A stretch of DNA of 63,184 nt, the filler included. It is 5 parts of 5 records of this genome, joined end to end, with 100 filler letters (N's around TTAATTAATTAA, not from the genome) between each part and the next. Parts side by side here need not be neighbours in the genome. Positions count along the whole stretch, not along the records: positions 13,879 to 30,989 come from DRR723986_14232; positions 31,090 to 37,576 come from DRR723986_14239; 3 more parts are not named here. The stretch is one strand, 5' to 3'. The notes beneath the pieces were generated by a model, which worked only from the letters and a program-made list of their open reading frames with translations, ran no database searches and was not told the DNA's origin. Position 1 is the first letter of the stretch. Every line of letters begins with the position of its first letter. The position numbers and the translations under genes were made by a program. This document shows, one piece after another, positions 25,608 through 34,512 of the stretch.

Positions 25608-26786
25608 TTAGCCTACCAGTATCAGCTCCGGTGCTGCGCGCGTTGTAAGCAGCTTCGCCTCGCCGTTGGACACGACGATATTCTCTTCATGCACCATCAT
25701 CAGTCCGTCGCCGTAGCTCAGCGACGGCTCGAGTGTCAGAACCATGTTCTCTTTCAGTACAGTCTCATCAAATGCCGCGTGCGAGGGCTGTTCGGTCAAC
25801 TGCATTCCCAACCCGTGGCCCAGCCGCCCGATATCGCCACCAGAGCTGTCCATTTCGGCGATGACTTTCGACATCGCAAGAAACAGATCACGGCAGGTGT
25901 TGCCCGGCCTTGCGGCATCGATCCCGGCCTGAGTTGCCCGCCACAACACGTCATACGCGCGTTTCGCATCATCATGAGCATGGCCAATGGCCCAGTTGCG
26001 ATCAAAGTCGCAAAAATAACCGTCCCAGGTGCAACCCGTATCCAGCATCAGGACATCACCCTTCTGAAGCGGCCGCCGCGATGGTGGTGAAATCACATCG
26101 GCATAGCCGCCCTGATCGGCCGCGCCCACCACATAAGGTGCGTCATCCGCGCCAGATCCAATCGCCACCAACCTGAACTGCCGAAAAACCTCTTCAAGCG
26201 GCATCCCCTCGCCAACAAGGTCCGGCACCTTGCCAAAGGCGGCGGATCCGATCGCGCAAATATGGGACAGCTTTTCGATCTCGGCAGGTGATTTGACCAT
26301 GCGCAGGCCCTGAACCAACCTGGTTACATCCGCAAACGCGATCCCGTCCAGCTTCGCCACCAGGCGTTCCCAATCGCCCAGCGGCATCTGCAACTTGGTT
26401 TCATGACCCTTCATCACGCCGACCTTTGCCCCCTCTTTCGCAAGGGGCGCCAGAAGCTCTGTCAGAAGGCTGATGCCATCGTCCTCGGGGTTCGGTGCGC
26501 TCCAGGTGCGGATGTCGTCGATCCAGCTGCGACGCATCAGTTCGGCACCAATCTCTGGGATGATCGCAACTGGCTTGCCACTCGCCGGCACGAAGACGAA
26601 CCATGGCCGGGTGGGGCTTTGCCAGAACAGGGTCTGAAATCCGGTGAAGTAGCGAACGTCCTGCTCGCTCATCAGCAGCAATCCAGCCAACCCGTCCCGC
26701 ACCATAAGCGACTGTGCCCTGGCCGTGCGTGCCTCGAATTCGGTGTCCTGAAATCCCCGTTCGGGGGCTGCGTCGGTGAGTGACAT
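25608..26786 (-). CDS. M24 family (Xaa-Pro peptidase-like) hydrolase
   Basis: Creatinase-like N-domain; LDTG, YFCDFDR, GHGLG, LEP, HEEN metal ligands. Confidence 0.9.
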   Translation of the reverse strand: MSLTDAAPERGFQDTEFEARTARAQSLMVRDGLAGLLLMSEQDVRYFTGFQTLFWQSPTRPWFVFVPASGKPVAIIPEIGAELMRRSWIDDIRTWSAPNPEDDGISLLTELLAPLAKEGAKVGVMKGHETKLQMPLGDWERLVAKLDGIAFADVTRLVQGLRMVKSPAEIEKLSHICAIGSAAFGKVPDLVGEGMPLEEVFRQFRLVAIGSGADDAPYVVGAADQGGYADVISPPSRRPLQKGDVLMLDTGCTWDGYFCDFDRNWAIGHAHDDAKRAYDVLWRATQAGIDAARPGNTCRDLFLAMSKVIAEMDSSGGDIGRLGHGLGMQLTEQPSHAAFDETVLKENMVLTLEPSLSYGDGLMMVHEENIVVSNGEAKLLTTRAAPELILVG

Positions 26787-26798
26787 TGCTCTGTTCCT

Positions 26799-27557
26799 TT
26801 ATCGGCGGGTCACGATTGCATGAGCCGAGAACTCGGCCATTTCTCCGCGCCAGACCTGCCGTCCAAAACAGAACGGCACGCCATTTGCATCGCGGATAAC
26901 CTGTTCCAGCTCGATGACGGAATGGCTGGCGGAAATTCCCAGAAGTTGCGCCTCATGCGCCTGCACACCGCGCATTCGGATCACGATGTCGCCGGTGGCG
27001 GCGGAGGTCTGGTACCGTGTTTCAAGTATCTGCGTTGTCGATTGCCGCAGATCATGGCGCAGGAAGCCGGGAAACCGGTCCGAGACTAGGTACTCGGTCT
27101 CGATAAAGATCGGATGATCGCCTGTGTGAAACAGCCGCGTATAGGCCGTAACGCTGCACCCTTCGGGCTGCCCAAGACGTGCGGCCAGTTTGCCGTCCAT
27201 AGCGGTTTCGACCGTGTCGATGACCTCGATTCGAAGGTCGATGTTACTGGCCTGGGCGTTGCTGACGAAGCTGACCATGTTGCTGACATTATAGCTCAGC
27301 CGCTGAGGTGAAACGAAGCGCCCGCGCCGGTCCGAGCTATAGACCAACCCTTCGGTTTCCAACGCCTCAAGCGCGCGGCGCCCGGTCATGCGGCTCACGC
27401 CGTACTGTTCGGACAGGCTGCGCTCTGATGGAAGAATGTCGTGCTCTTTCAATGCTTTTCGGGCAATCTGACTGCGGATATCGTCTGCGATTTGCAGAAA
27501 TCGCGGCCGGGCAGTCGCTGCATCCGTCTCGATATCACTGTCGTGACCGCTCAACAC
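26799..27557 (-). CDS. GntR/HutC-subfamily regulator with UTRA domain
   Basis: LPSERSLSEQYGVSRMTGRRAL; C-terminal UTRA-like domain. Confidence 0.92.
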   Translation of the reverse strand: MLSGHDSDIETDAATARPRFLQIADDIRSQIARKALKEHDILPSERSLSEQYGVSRMTGRRALEALETEGLVYSSDRRGRFVSPQRLSYNVSNMVSFVSNAQASNIDLRIEVIDTVETAMDGKLAARLGQPEGCSVTAYTRLFHTGDHPIFIETEYLVSDRFPGFLRHDLRQSTTQILETRYQTSAATGDIVIRMRGVQAHEAQLLGISASHSVIELEQVIRDANGVPFCFGRQVWRGEMAEFSAHAIVTRR

Positions 27558-27598
27558 GTCCCGCGCTCCAGAATCACTCGATCATTCGCAATGATATT

Positions 27599-27610
27599 TG
27601 GTATATACCA
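27599..27610. promoter_or_regulatory. GntR operator 1
   Basis: Perfect palindrome TGGTATATACCA in the divergent gntR/phyH spacer. Confidence 0.8.
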
Positions 27611-27677
27611 GATTGCGCAAGCGATTGTTTGATGTTGACAGGCCCCGCTGTGCCGATGTTAAGTACTGGCGATCACC

Positions 27678-27693
27678 ACTGGTATATACCAGT
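27678..27693. promoter_or_regulatory. GntR operator 2
   Basis: Perfect 16-bp palindrome ACTGGTATATACCAGT, downstream of a TTGACA at 27635-27640. Confidence 0.85.
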
Positions 27694-27708
27694 TTCCGGG
27701 GGAAGCAA

Positions 27709-28578
27709 ATGAGCCTTTTGACGAAAGAGCAGAAAGACTCCTTCTGGCGTGAAGGTGTTCTTGTCGTGGAAAACGCAGTGGATCAGGAAGCACTTGCCGG
27801 ATTGCGGGCAGAGTTCGCCCGTTGGGTCGAGGAAAGCCGAGCACATGATGAAGACTATGGCGAGACCCTTGATGGCCGCCCCCGGTTCGATCTTCAGCCC
27901 GGTCACACTGCAGACACCCCCGGACTGCGCCGTGTGCAGTCGCCGGAAGAGTTCTCGGAGGTCTTCGCAAACGTCATGCGCAATGCCGCCACGGTCGATT
28001 TCTGCGCGGAACTCATTGGCCCGGGCATCCGGTTCCACCACGGCAAAGTGAACTCCAAGCTGCCCGGCACCGCAACTCAGGTCAAATGGAACCAGGACTT
28101 TCCGTTCGAGCCGATGACAAACGACGACATGATCACCTGCCTGCTTTTCATTGAAGATGTGACGTTGGAGAACGGACCGCTTGAGGTCCTGCCAGGGACT
28201 CATAAGGGCCCGATCCATTCCCACTGGCATGACGGGGTTTTTACCGGTGCCGTTGATGATGCAATTGTTGAGGCTCAGCGCGACAGGATCGTGAAATGCA
28301 CCGGCAAGGCGGGATCGGTCTGCCTGATGCACGCCAACCTGTTGCATGGCTCCGCCCCAAATTTGTCGGACAAACCCCGCACGCTCTACATTGCCACCTA
28401 TCACGCCGAGGACGCGATCGAACTGAGCCCGAACCACCTGCCCAGCAGGCTGACGCACGAGCTGGTGCGGGGGGAAGAAAGCGGCCGCGTCCGCTGCTCG
28501 ACCTACGAGATGGCATTGCCTGCGGTGCCCAAGGCAACATCGTTCTTCGCGCAACAGGAAGGGGCGGATATGGGCTAA
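27709..28578 (+). CDS. Phytanoyl-CoA dioxygenase (PhyH) family Fe(II)/2OG enzyme; first Fe-ligand His reads Asn
   Basis: KVNSKLPG, W-N-QD, DVTLENGPL..LPGTH, LLHGSAPNLSDKPR. Confidence 0.9.
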   Translation: MSLLTKEQKDSFWREGVLVVENAVDQEALAGLRAEFARWVEESRAHDEDYGETLDGRPRFDLQPGHTADTPGLRRVQSPEEFSEVFANVMRNAATVDFCAELIGPGIRFHHGKVNSKLPGTATQVKWNQDFPFEPMTNDDMITCLLFIEDVTLENGPLEVLPGTHKGPIHSHWHDGVFTGAVDDAIVEAQRDRIVKCTGKAGSVCLMHANLLHGSAPNLSDKPRTLYIATYHAEDAIELSPNHLPSRLTHELVRGEESGRVRCSTYEMALPAVPKATSFFAQQEGADMG

Positions 28579-28604
28579 GGCCCCGGCTCGCAGGAGAGAC
28601 AGTC

Positions 28605-29381
28605 ATGGTACAGAACGACCACGTCGAAACGCTTGATTTCACGACAGACCATGGCTTGGGCACGCGCGCGCGCCTTGGCCTTGTCGTGCTGCAGACGGAT
28701 CAAACGATCGAGCATGAGTTTGCCCGTATTTTTGCGAAACAGGACGATGTGGCCCTCTATGCCGCGCGCATTCCCAATGCGATGGATGTATCGCCCGAAA
28801 CGCTCCGCCAGATGGCGATGGATCTTCCGCATACGGCCGCGCTTTTGCCGGAAAGCTTCGGCTTTGACGTGATCGGTTATGCCTGCACCTCTGGCGCCAC
28901 AATGATCGGCGAGGACCGCGTCGACACTCTGATCCGCGGCGTTCATCCCGATGTCAAAACGACCAACCCAATCAGCGCCTGCAAGGCCGCGATGGCCGCT
29001 CTTGGCCTGAGCCGTATCGCGCTGGTGACACCTTATCCGGTCGATGTGACCCTGGCGATGCAGGCCAACCTAAGAGATGCCGGATACGATACGACCGCTG
29101 TGGCCACCTTTGACCAATCCGATGATTTCACCGTCGCTCGGATCAGCTCAGACAGCATCCTCAAAGCCGTGCGCCACATCGGCAAACGCAGCGATTGCGA
29201 TGGGGTTTTCGTGTCTTGCACAAGCCTCCGCGCACTGGAGGTCATCCCATTGGCCGAGGCCGCAATCGGCAAACCGGTCATCGCCTCCAATCAAGCACTC
29301 GCGTGGCACATGATGCGCCTTGCGGGGTTGAAAGACGCCCCGGAGAACTGCGGGCGGCTCTTTCAAACATTTCTCAAATAG
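28605..29381 (+). CDS. Maleate isomerase / Asp-Glu racemase family protein (EutA-like) 2
   Basis: LGLVVLQTDQTIEHE, YACTSG, TPY, VFVSCTSLR, KPVIASNQA. Confidence 0.88.
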   Translation: MVQNDHVETLDFTTDHGLGTRARLGLVVLQTDQTIEHEFARIFAKQDDVALYAARIPNAMDVSPETLRQMAMDLPHTAALLPESFGFDVIGYACTSGATMIGEDRVDTLIRGVHPDVKTTNPISACKAAMAALGLSRIALVTPYPVDVTLAMQANLRDAGYDTTAVATFDQSDDFTVARISSDSILKAVRHIGKRSDCDGVFVSCTSLRALEVIPLAEAAIGKPVIASNQALAWHMMRLAGLKDAPENCGRLFQTFLK

Positions 29382-29393
29382 ACAGGGTCTACC

Positions 29394-30989
29394 ATGGCAA
29401 ACCCCCTCCCCACCCACGCCCAGGTCGTGATCATTGGCGGCGGCATTCATGGCTGTTCCGTGGCCTATCATCTGGCAAAGGCGGGCTGGAAAGACGTCAT
29501 CTTGCTGGAACGCAAGGCGCTGACCAGCGGCACGACATGGCACGCCGCGGGTCTCGTCGGACAGCTCCAGGGAAGCCACGCGACAACGGCCTTCGCCAGC
29601 TATGGTGTTGAGTTGCTTCAGGAAATCGAGGCCGAGACCGGCCAGAACCCAGGCTTCCGGCAATCGGGTTCGATCTCCATTGCTGTGAACGAGGAGCGTC
29701 TGGCCGAGCTTAAGCGCAAGGCCGATTTCGCTTCACTCTTTGGGGTCGAAGCGCACTTCATGAGCACCGCCGAAATCGCTGAACGCTGGCCGCTAATGAA
29801 CGCCGATGGCGTGTTGGGGGGCATCCACATGCCTTCGGACGGATCTGCCAACCCCATTGACCTGACCCAGGCGCTGGCCAAGGGCGCGCGGATGCACGGC
29901 GCCACCATCCGGGAACGGGTCAAAGTAGAAGAGGTAATGACCGAGGGTGGAAAGGTCACCGGTGTGCGCACCGAAGAAGGCACGATCACTGCCGATGTCG
30001 TGGTGAATTGTGGCGGCATGTGGGCGCGGGAGTTGGGCCGCCAGAACGGGGTCCGTGTGCCTCTCCACGCCTGCGAGCACTACTACCTCGTGACCGAACC
30101 CATCGCCGATCTGCCCTCCGATCTTCCCGTTCTGCGGTCCTACTGCGATGGCACCTACTGGAAGGAAGATGCGGGCAAGCTGCTCTTTGGTTTTGCCCAT
30201 TTCCACGCGAAGGCCTGGGCGCAGGACGGTATTCCTGACAGCTTTGAATTCGACAGCCTGCCGTTTATCGAAGATGATGTGATGGAGGTGCTCGAACTGG
30301 CCCTGAACCGTGTGCCAATCCTTCAGGAAACCGGCATCCGCACCTTCTTCAATGGCCCCGAGAGCTATTCCCACGACGGGCGTTTTACGCTGGGCGCGGC
30401 CCCTGACCTTGCGGGGTATTACGTGCTGGCCGGCGTTAATTCCACCGGCATCCAGTCTGGCCCGGGCGCGGGCAAGGCGCTCGCTGATTGGATCATGGCA
30501 GGCCACCCGACCATGGACCTTGCAGAGATGGACCCCGCCCGCATCGAGGATTGGCAGGCGCGCGATCCTTACTTGCGCGAACGCTGTCCTGAAACGCTGG
30601 TCTTGACGTATGCGATGCACTGGCCAGGCCGTCAGCGCGAAAGCGCCCGCGGTCTCCGCCGTACGCCGTTCTATCACGCGATGAAGGCAAAAGGTGCCGT
30701 CTATGCCGAGGCACAAGGCTGGGAGAGGCCCGGCTGGTTCGCGCCCGAAGGAGTCACGCCGGAATACGACTACTCCTTCGATCGTCCGAGTTGGTTCGAT
30801 CATGCCCAAGCAGAGCAAAAGGCTGCCCGAGAGGGCGTGGCTATGATCGACTATTCGATGCTGGGCAAATTGATGGTCGAAGGCCCCGATGCCATGCGCT
30901 TTTTGCAACGTATCTGCACCAATGACATCGACATGCCGGTAGGCCGCGTCGCCTATACGCTGATGCTGAACGAACGCGGCGGCATCGAA
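29394..30989 (+). CDS. GcvT-family FAD-dependent oxidoreductase (sarcosine/dimethylglycine dehydrogenase-like), 3'-truncated
   Basis: IIGGGIHG, LTSGTTWHAAG, NGPESY, GWERPGWF, YTLMLNERGGIE. Confidence 0.92.
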
Positions 30990-31089
30990 NNNNNNNNNNN
31001 NNNNNNNNNNNNNNNNNNNNNNNNNNNNNNNNNTTAATTAATTAANNNNNNNNNNNNNNNNNNNNNNNNNNNNNNNNNNNNNNNNNNNN
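30990..31089. other. Artificial contig linker
   Basis: N44-TTAATTAATTAA-N44. Confidence 0.98.
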
Positions 31090-31452
31090 TGCCAGTACTG
31101 GCAAATCCCTGTTGGCCTGTCGCACCCGTGAAAATGCGGCAGGCCCGATCGCGATAACCGGTTCATCTTTCAGGATAGCGATCTGACTTTCAATTAATGG
31201 CTCCAGTGCTACCTGGTCGCCCAGCTGTTCTGATAAAAGGCGGGCAACATGATCATCCAGCGCAGCGTTTCCCGAACCCGCAATATAGGCGAACTTTGTG
31301 TCCGTTACCTGGGCCAGAGAGAAAGCCGGATTAACGAGCAACAAAGCCACAAAACAGACCAGCGTAAAGGTCAATCTGGCAAAAATGGATGCACGGCCTG
31401 TTGCACCGCTACGGTTAGAGTTGAGCATCGTCAGACAGCTGGTCCATTCCAT
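31090..31452 (-). CDS. Exported protein, ABC substrate-binding-like, 3'-truncated
   Basis: Signal peptide; VIAIGPAAF motif; follows the TonB-dependent receptor. Confidence 0.6.
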
Positions 31453-31482
31453 TGACTGTTTAGTTTCCCGCCCTGCAGACTG

Positions 31483-33696
31483 TCAGAAGCGAATACCGGC
31501 TTCGACAAAAAACTGGTTGTGATCTTTGATGTTGTTGTCTGAGCTTAGCTCAGGATCCCGATTCAGGTAATGTTGCATGGTCAGCGCGATTTGGGCTGTG
31601 TACCGTGGCTGAAAGATCTGTTTTACCAGCCGGGTGTCAAATCGCTCGAACGGAGTTCTGAACTCGTCAGCCCAGTAAAATGCGCCGGACCATTTGAAGC
31701 CAGCAGGGAGATCCTGAATAACGGCCAGGCTGCCGGAGTGTCGCACAGACATTCGCGTGAGCAATTCCGCGTTATAGCGCTCGGTGCCGAAGTCCCTGTC
31801 GCCATTGGCGTCGAAAATAGGTTCTCCGTCATACCATGTGTCCTGATCAAGGTAGCCGTAGCTGGCCCGCAAGGACGTACCGGGATAATCCAGGGTTGCC
31901 TCCACTTCAAAGCCTTTCTGATCTACCGCAACGTTGTTATCGATCGTCCATTCTTTTAGCTGTATGACGCCACTGATCATATCTCTGAGTTCATCCTGGA
32001 ATGCCCGGACTTCAAGAGAGAACAGAGCGTTGTTCAGGGGAAACTGACCGAAGTAACTGACTTCCCGGGAAGTAATGGTTTCCTCTTCCAGATTTGTTCC
32101 AAGGGTAAGCAAAGCTGATTCCTCTGCAGAATCAAAAATGTCTATGCGTCGGCCTTCAAGGTCGGAATAAACGGCGGGCCGGACATTGCGCAGCGTATAA
32201 CCCCAGTCCGGGTCTTGCTCAAAACCATCTGGAGTACGTACCGCTTTGGAGAATACGAACCTGAGGGCATGGTTGTTGTTGAGAACGAAGTTGGTTGCCA
32301 CCCGTGGTGAAAAATAACTGTCGTCGGTGGTGCTGGTTCGTTCCCAGTTTCCTCCGGCATTAAAAGTAACCCACTGCCAGGGGCTGTATTCCACATTGCC
32401 GAACAGGCGGGACTGGTAATTGTTTCCTCGCCCGTTGAAGTAGGTTTCTGAGCGGAAGATATCCTTGCGGAAACCCGCGCCGGAAACCAGTTTCAAGCTG
32501 TCGCTGACGATAAGCGTATCCTGAGCTTCCAGTTCGATCCGGGTATCTTCGGAATCTGCATCTACTTCGGCAAAAGCGTCTGGACCGCCCTGGGATATGA
32601 AACAGCGCCGTTCCCGTCCGTCGGCCGTGTACGTGTACTCATACAATGGAGTGTTGTTACGGAGGCATTCCACCGTGCTGTCCGGAAAGCTGATTGCATA
32701 TTCCTGGCGGCGATTAAAGTTCTCAACACTGGCCTGCAGGTGGACGAAGTGCTGGCTTGAAAAACTGTGGTTAAGCTTGCTGTGCAGATAGTAGTCCCGT
32801 ACGTCGATGTCCGGATGGTCCAGAGGGTTCAGTTCTCCGCTTTTGTCCTTGTCCTGGTATTTGGTGCCATCGACCACACCGGCGTGAAGCTCCAGATTGG
32901 TCTGTGGTGTAAACGTCAGACGCGAATCGTAGATAAATGAATTGATATCGTGGCCATCATTAAATGGAAAGCGTTCATCGTCATCGACCTGATAATCAAA
33001 ACCATCGAATTTGCGCTTCTCGAAGCTCAGGCGCCAGTCGTAGCTTGAATCGGCATTGCCGGTTGATGCAAAGGTACGAAGGTAGCCCCTGGAGCCACTG
33101 GTGACCGTCGTTTCCAGGTTGGCGTTGTCCGCAGGATCCCGAGTAATGATGTTGATGGTGCCCAGAAATGCGTTGATACCATAGGCGGCCGAATTCGGTC
33201 CTCTGGCAACCTCAATGCGCTCAATCAGCTCGAGGGGCACAGGCATGGTTTCCCAGTCCATGTCGGACAGGGTTGCCCGGTGAGCCGTCCGGCCGTCAAC
33301 CAGAACCTGCATTCTCCGCTGTTCGTAGTGGACTGTGCCGTGGTAGGTAACCACGGGCTGATGGCTGCCGACAAAGTTCACCACCATGCCTGGCACCAGG
33401 CGGAAGACTTCATACAGGCTTCTGATACCCAGGTCCCGAATCAGGTCTCCGGCAATCACCGTCGTACTGCCGGGCACTCGGGTTTTGGGCTGCCGCAGTC
33501 TGGTGGTGGTCAGCACTTCCGGAATCGCGGCGTTCAAGCCGGGAATACTGTCCTCGAAACCGGAATCGAGAGTTTGTGCGGTGCCGGGTAATGCCGTCCC
33601 GCTCAGGGCCGCAGAGAGAGAAACCGACAACCATATGCGTCCTTGAAAGCGATGAAGAGAGCGTTGCTTTGCAAACCGGTAATTCGTAATGGCCAT
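31483..33696 (-). CDS. TonB-dependent outer membrane receptor
   Basis: Plug motif IERIEVARGPNSAAYGINAFLGTINIITR; C-terminal F; signal peptide from ATG 33696. Confidence 0.92.
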   Translation of the reverse strand: MAITNYRFAKQRSLHRFQGRIWLSVSLSAALSGTALPGTAQTLDSGFEDSIPGLNAAIPEVLTTTRLRQPKTRVPGSTTVIAGDLIRDLGIRSLYEVFRLVPGMVVNFVGSHQPVVTYHGTVHYEQRRMQVLVDGRTAHRATLSDMDWETMPVPLELIERIEVARGPNSAAYGINAFLGTINIITRDPADNANLETTVTSGSRGYLRTFASTGNADSSYDWRLSFEKRKFDGFDYQVDDDERFPFNDGHDINSFIYDSRLTFTPQTNLELHAGVVDGTKYQDKDKSGELNPLDHPDIDVRDYYLHSKLNHSFSSQHFVHLQASVENFNRRQEYAISFPDSTVECLRNNTPLYEYTYTADGRERRCFISQGGPDAFAEVDADSEDTRIELEAQDTLIVSDSLKLVSGAGFRKDIFRSETYFNGRGNNYQSRLFGNVEYSPWQWVTFNAGGNWERTSTTDDSYFSPRVATNFVLNNNHALRFVFSKAVRTPDGFEQDPDWGYTLRNVRPAVYSDLEGRRIDIFDSAEESALLTLGTNLEEETITSREVSYFGQFPLNNALFSLEVRAFQDELRDMISGVIQLKEWTIDNNVAVDQKGFEVEATLDYPGTSLRASYGYLDQDTWYDGEPIFDANGDRDFGTERYNAELLTRMSVRHSGSLAVIQDLPAGFKWSGAFYWADEFRTPFERFDTRLVKQIFQPRYTAQIALTMQHYLNRDPELSSDNNIKDHNQFFVEAGIRF

Positions 33697-33819
33697 GTGT
33701 GTCGTTCTATAATTTGTCGAGATGAAAATATTGTTATGGTTCTCAACTAATCCTAAGTGAGAGAGCCCCGTTTGTCTCCATAAAGAATACAGATTTTCCA
33801 TTATCGGAGTTGCTGTTGT

Positions 33820-34512
33820 ATGAACTGTTGGGATCTTCTCGGAATCGAGCCGACGGGCGACCAGGATCGGATACGCCAGGCCTACGAGCGTCAATTGAAG
33901 TTTGCGTCAGGCGATGAGGCTCAAGCCCTGGAGTGGGCCTACCGTGAAGCGACCGGTGGCGCGGAGCCCCGGTCGACGGCCAATGCGCCGGACGGGGTCC
34001 CGTCATCAACCCCGACAGACAATGATTCCGGACAACTCCGCTATGAAGACGCTGATTCCCGGGCGCTGACGTCCGAAGAGGCCCAGGTTACCCGGGAAGT
34101 CATTATCCAGATCAGGGCGTTGATGAACGATAATTACCGCCAGCAGGACGTTGCTATCTGGAAGGCCATCCTGTGTGAACCCCCGGCAGATCGTGTTGAT
34201 GTTCGCCGGGAGATTGGTCGCCAGCTGGAGCCCCAGGTTCGCCCGCTGGCAGAAAACGGCGCGCTTCCGGCTCCGGTCGCGCGCTTTCTGGGGGACTGGT
34301 TCGAGTGGTTCAGCCTGAAAGATGTTGTTGAAGAACCGGATCCACGCACTTACCCGGAGTCGGATATGCTATCTGGCCGAGGCATGGGGGAGGGGGAAAG
34401 CGATTCCGCCGACCAGCCTCCACAGATGGTCAATTTCTGGCCGGCGGTTATTGGCTGGATTGTGGGTTTAGCGATTCTGGCAACCATTTTCGGAGGCATG
34501 GGCGGGGGCTGA
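33820..34512 (+). CDS. J-domain-like membrane protein lacking the HPD motif
   Basis: MNCWDLLGIEPTGD..RIRQAY...AYREA; C-terminal TM helix. Confidence 0.75.
   Translation: MNCWDLLGIEPTGDQDRIRQAYERQLKFASGDEAQALEWAYREATGGAEPRSTANAPDGVPSSTPTDNDSGQLRYEDADSRALTSEEAQVTREVIIQIRALMNDNYRQQDVAIWKAILCEPPADRVDVRREIGRQLEPQVRPLAENGALPAPVARFLGDWFEWFSLKDVVEEPDPRTYPESDMLSGRGMGEGESDSADQPPQMVNFWPAVIGWIVGLAILATIFGGMGGG

Noticed and set aside
20967-29381. Calling the island a standard eut/doe ectoine operon, or the PhyH gene ectD
   Set aside because: EutE, EutC, the DABA transaminase and EnuR are not seen; the M24 enzyme is metal-type; the PhyH lacks the EctD FxWHSDFETWH signature.
33720-33748. Fur box upstream of the TonB-dependent receptor
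   Set aside because: AT-rich with only partial similarity to GATAATGATAATCATTATC.
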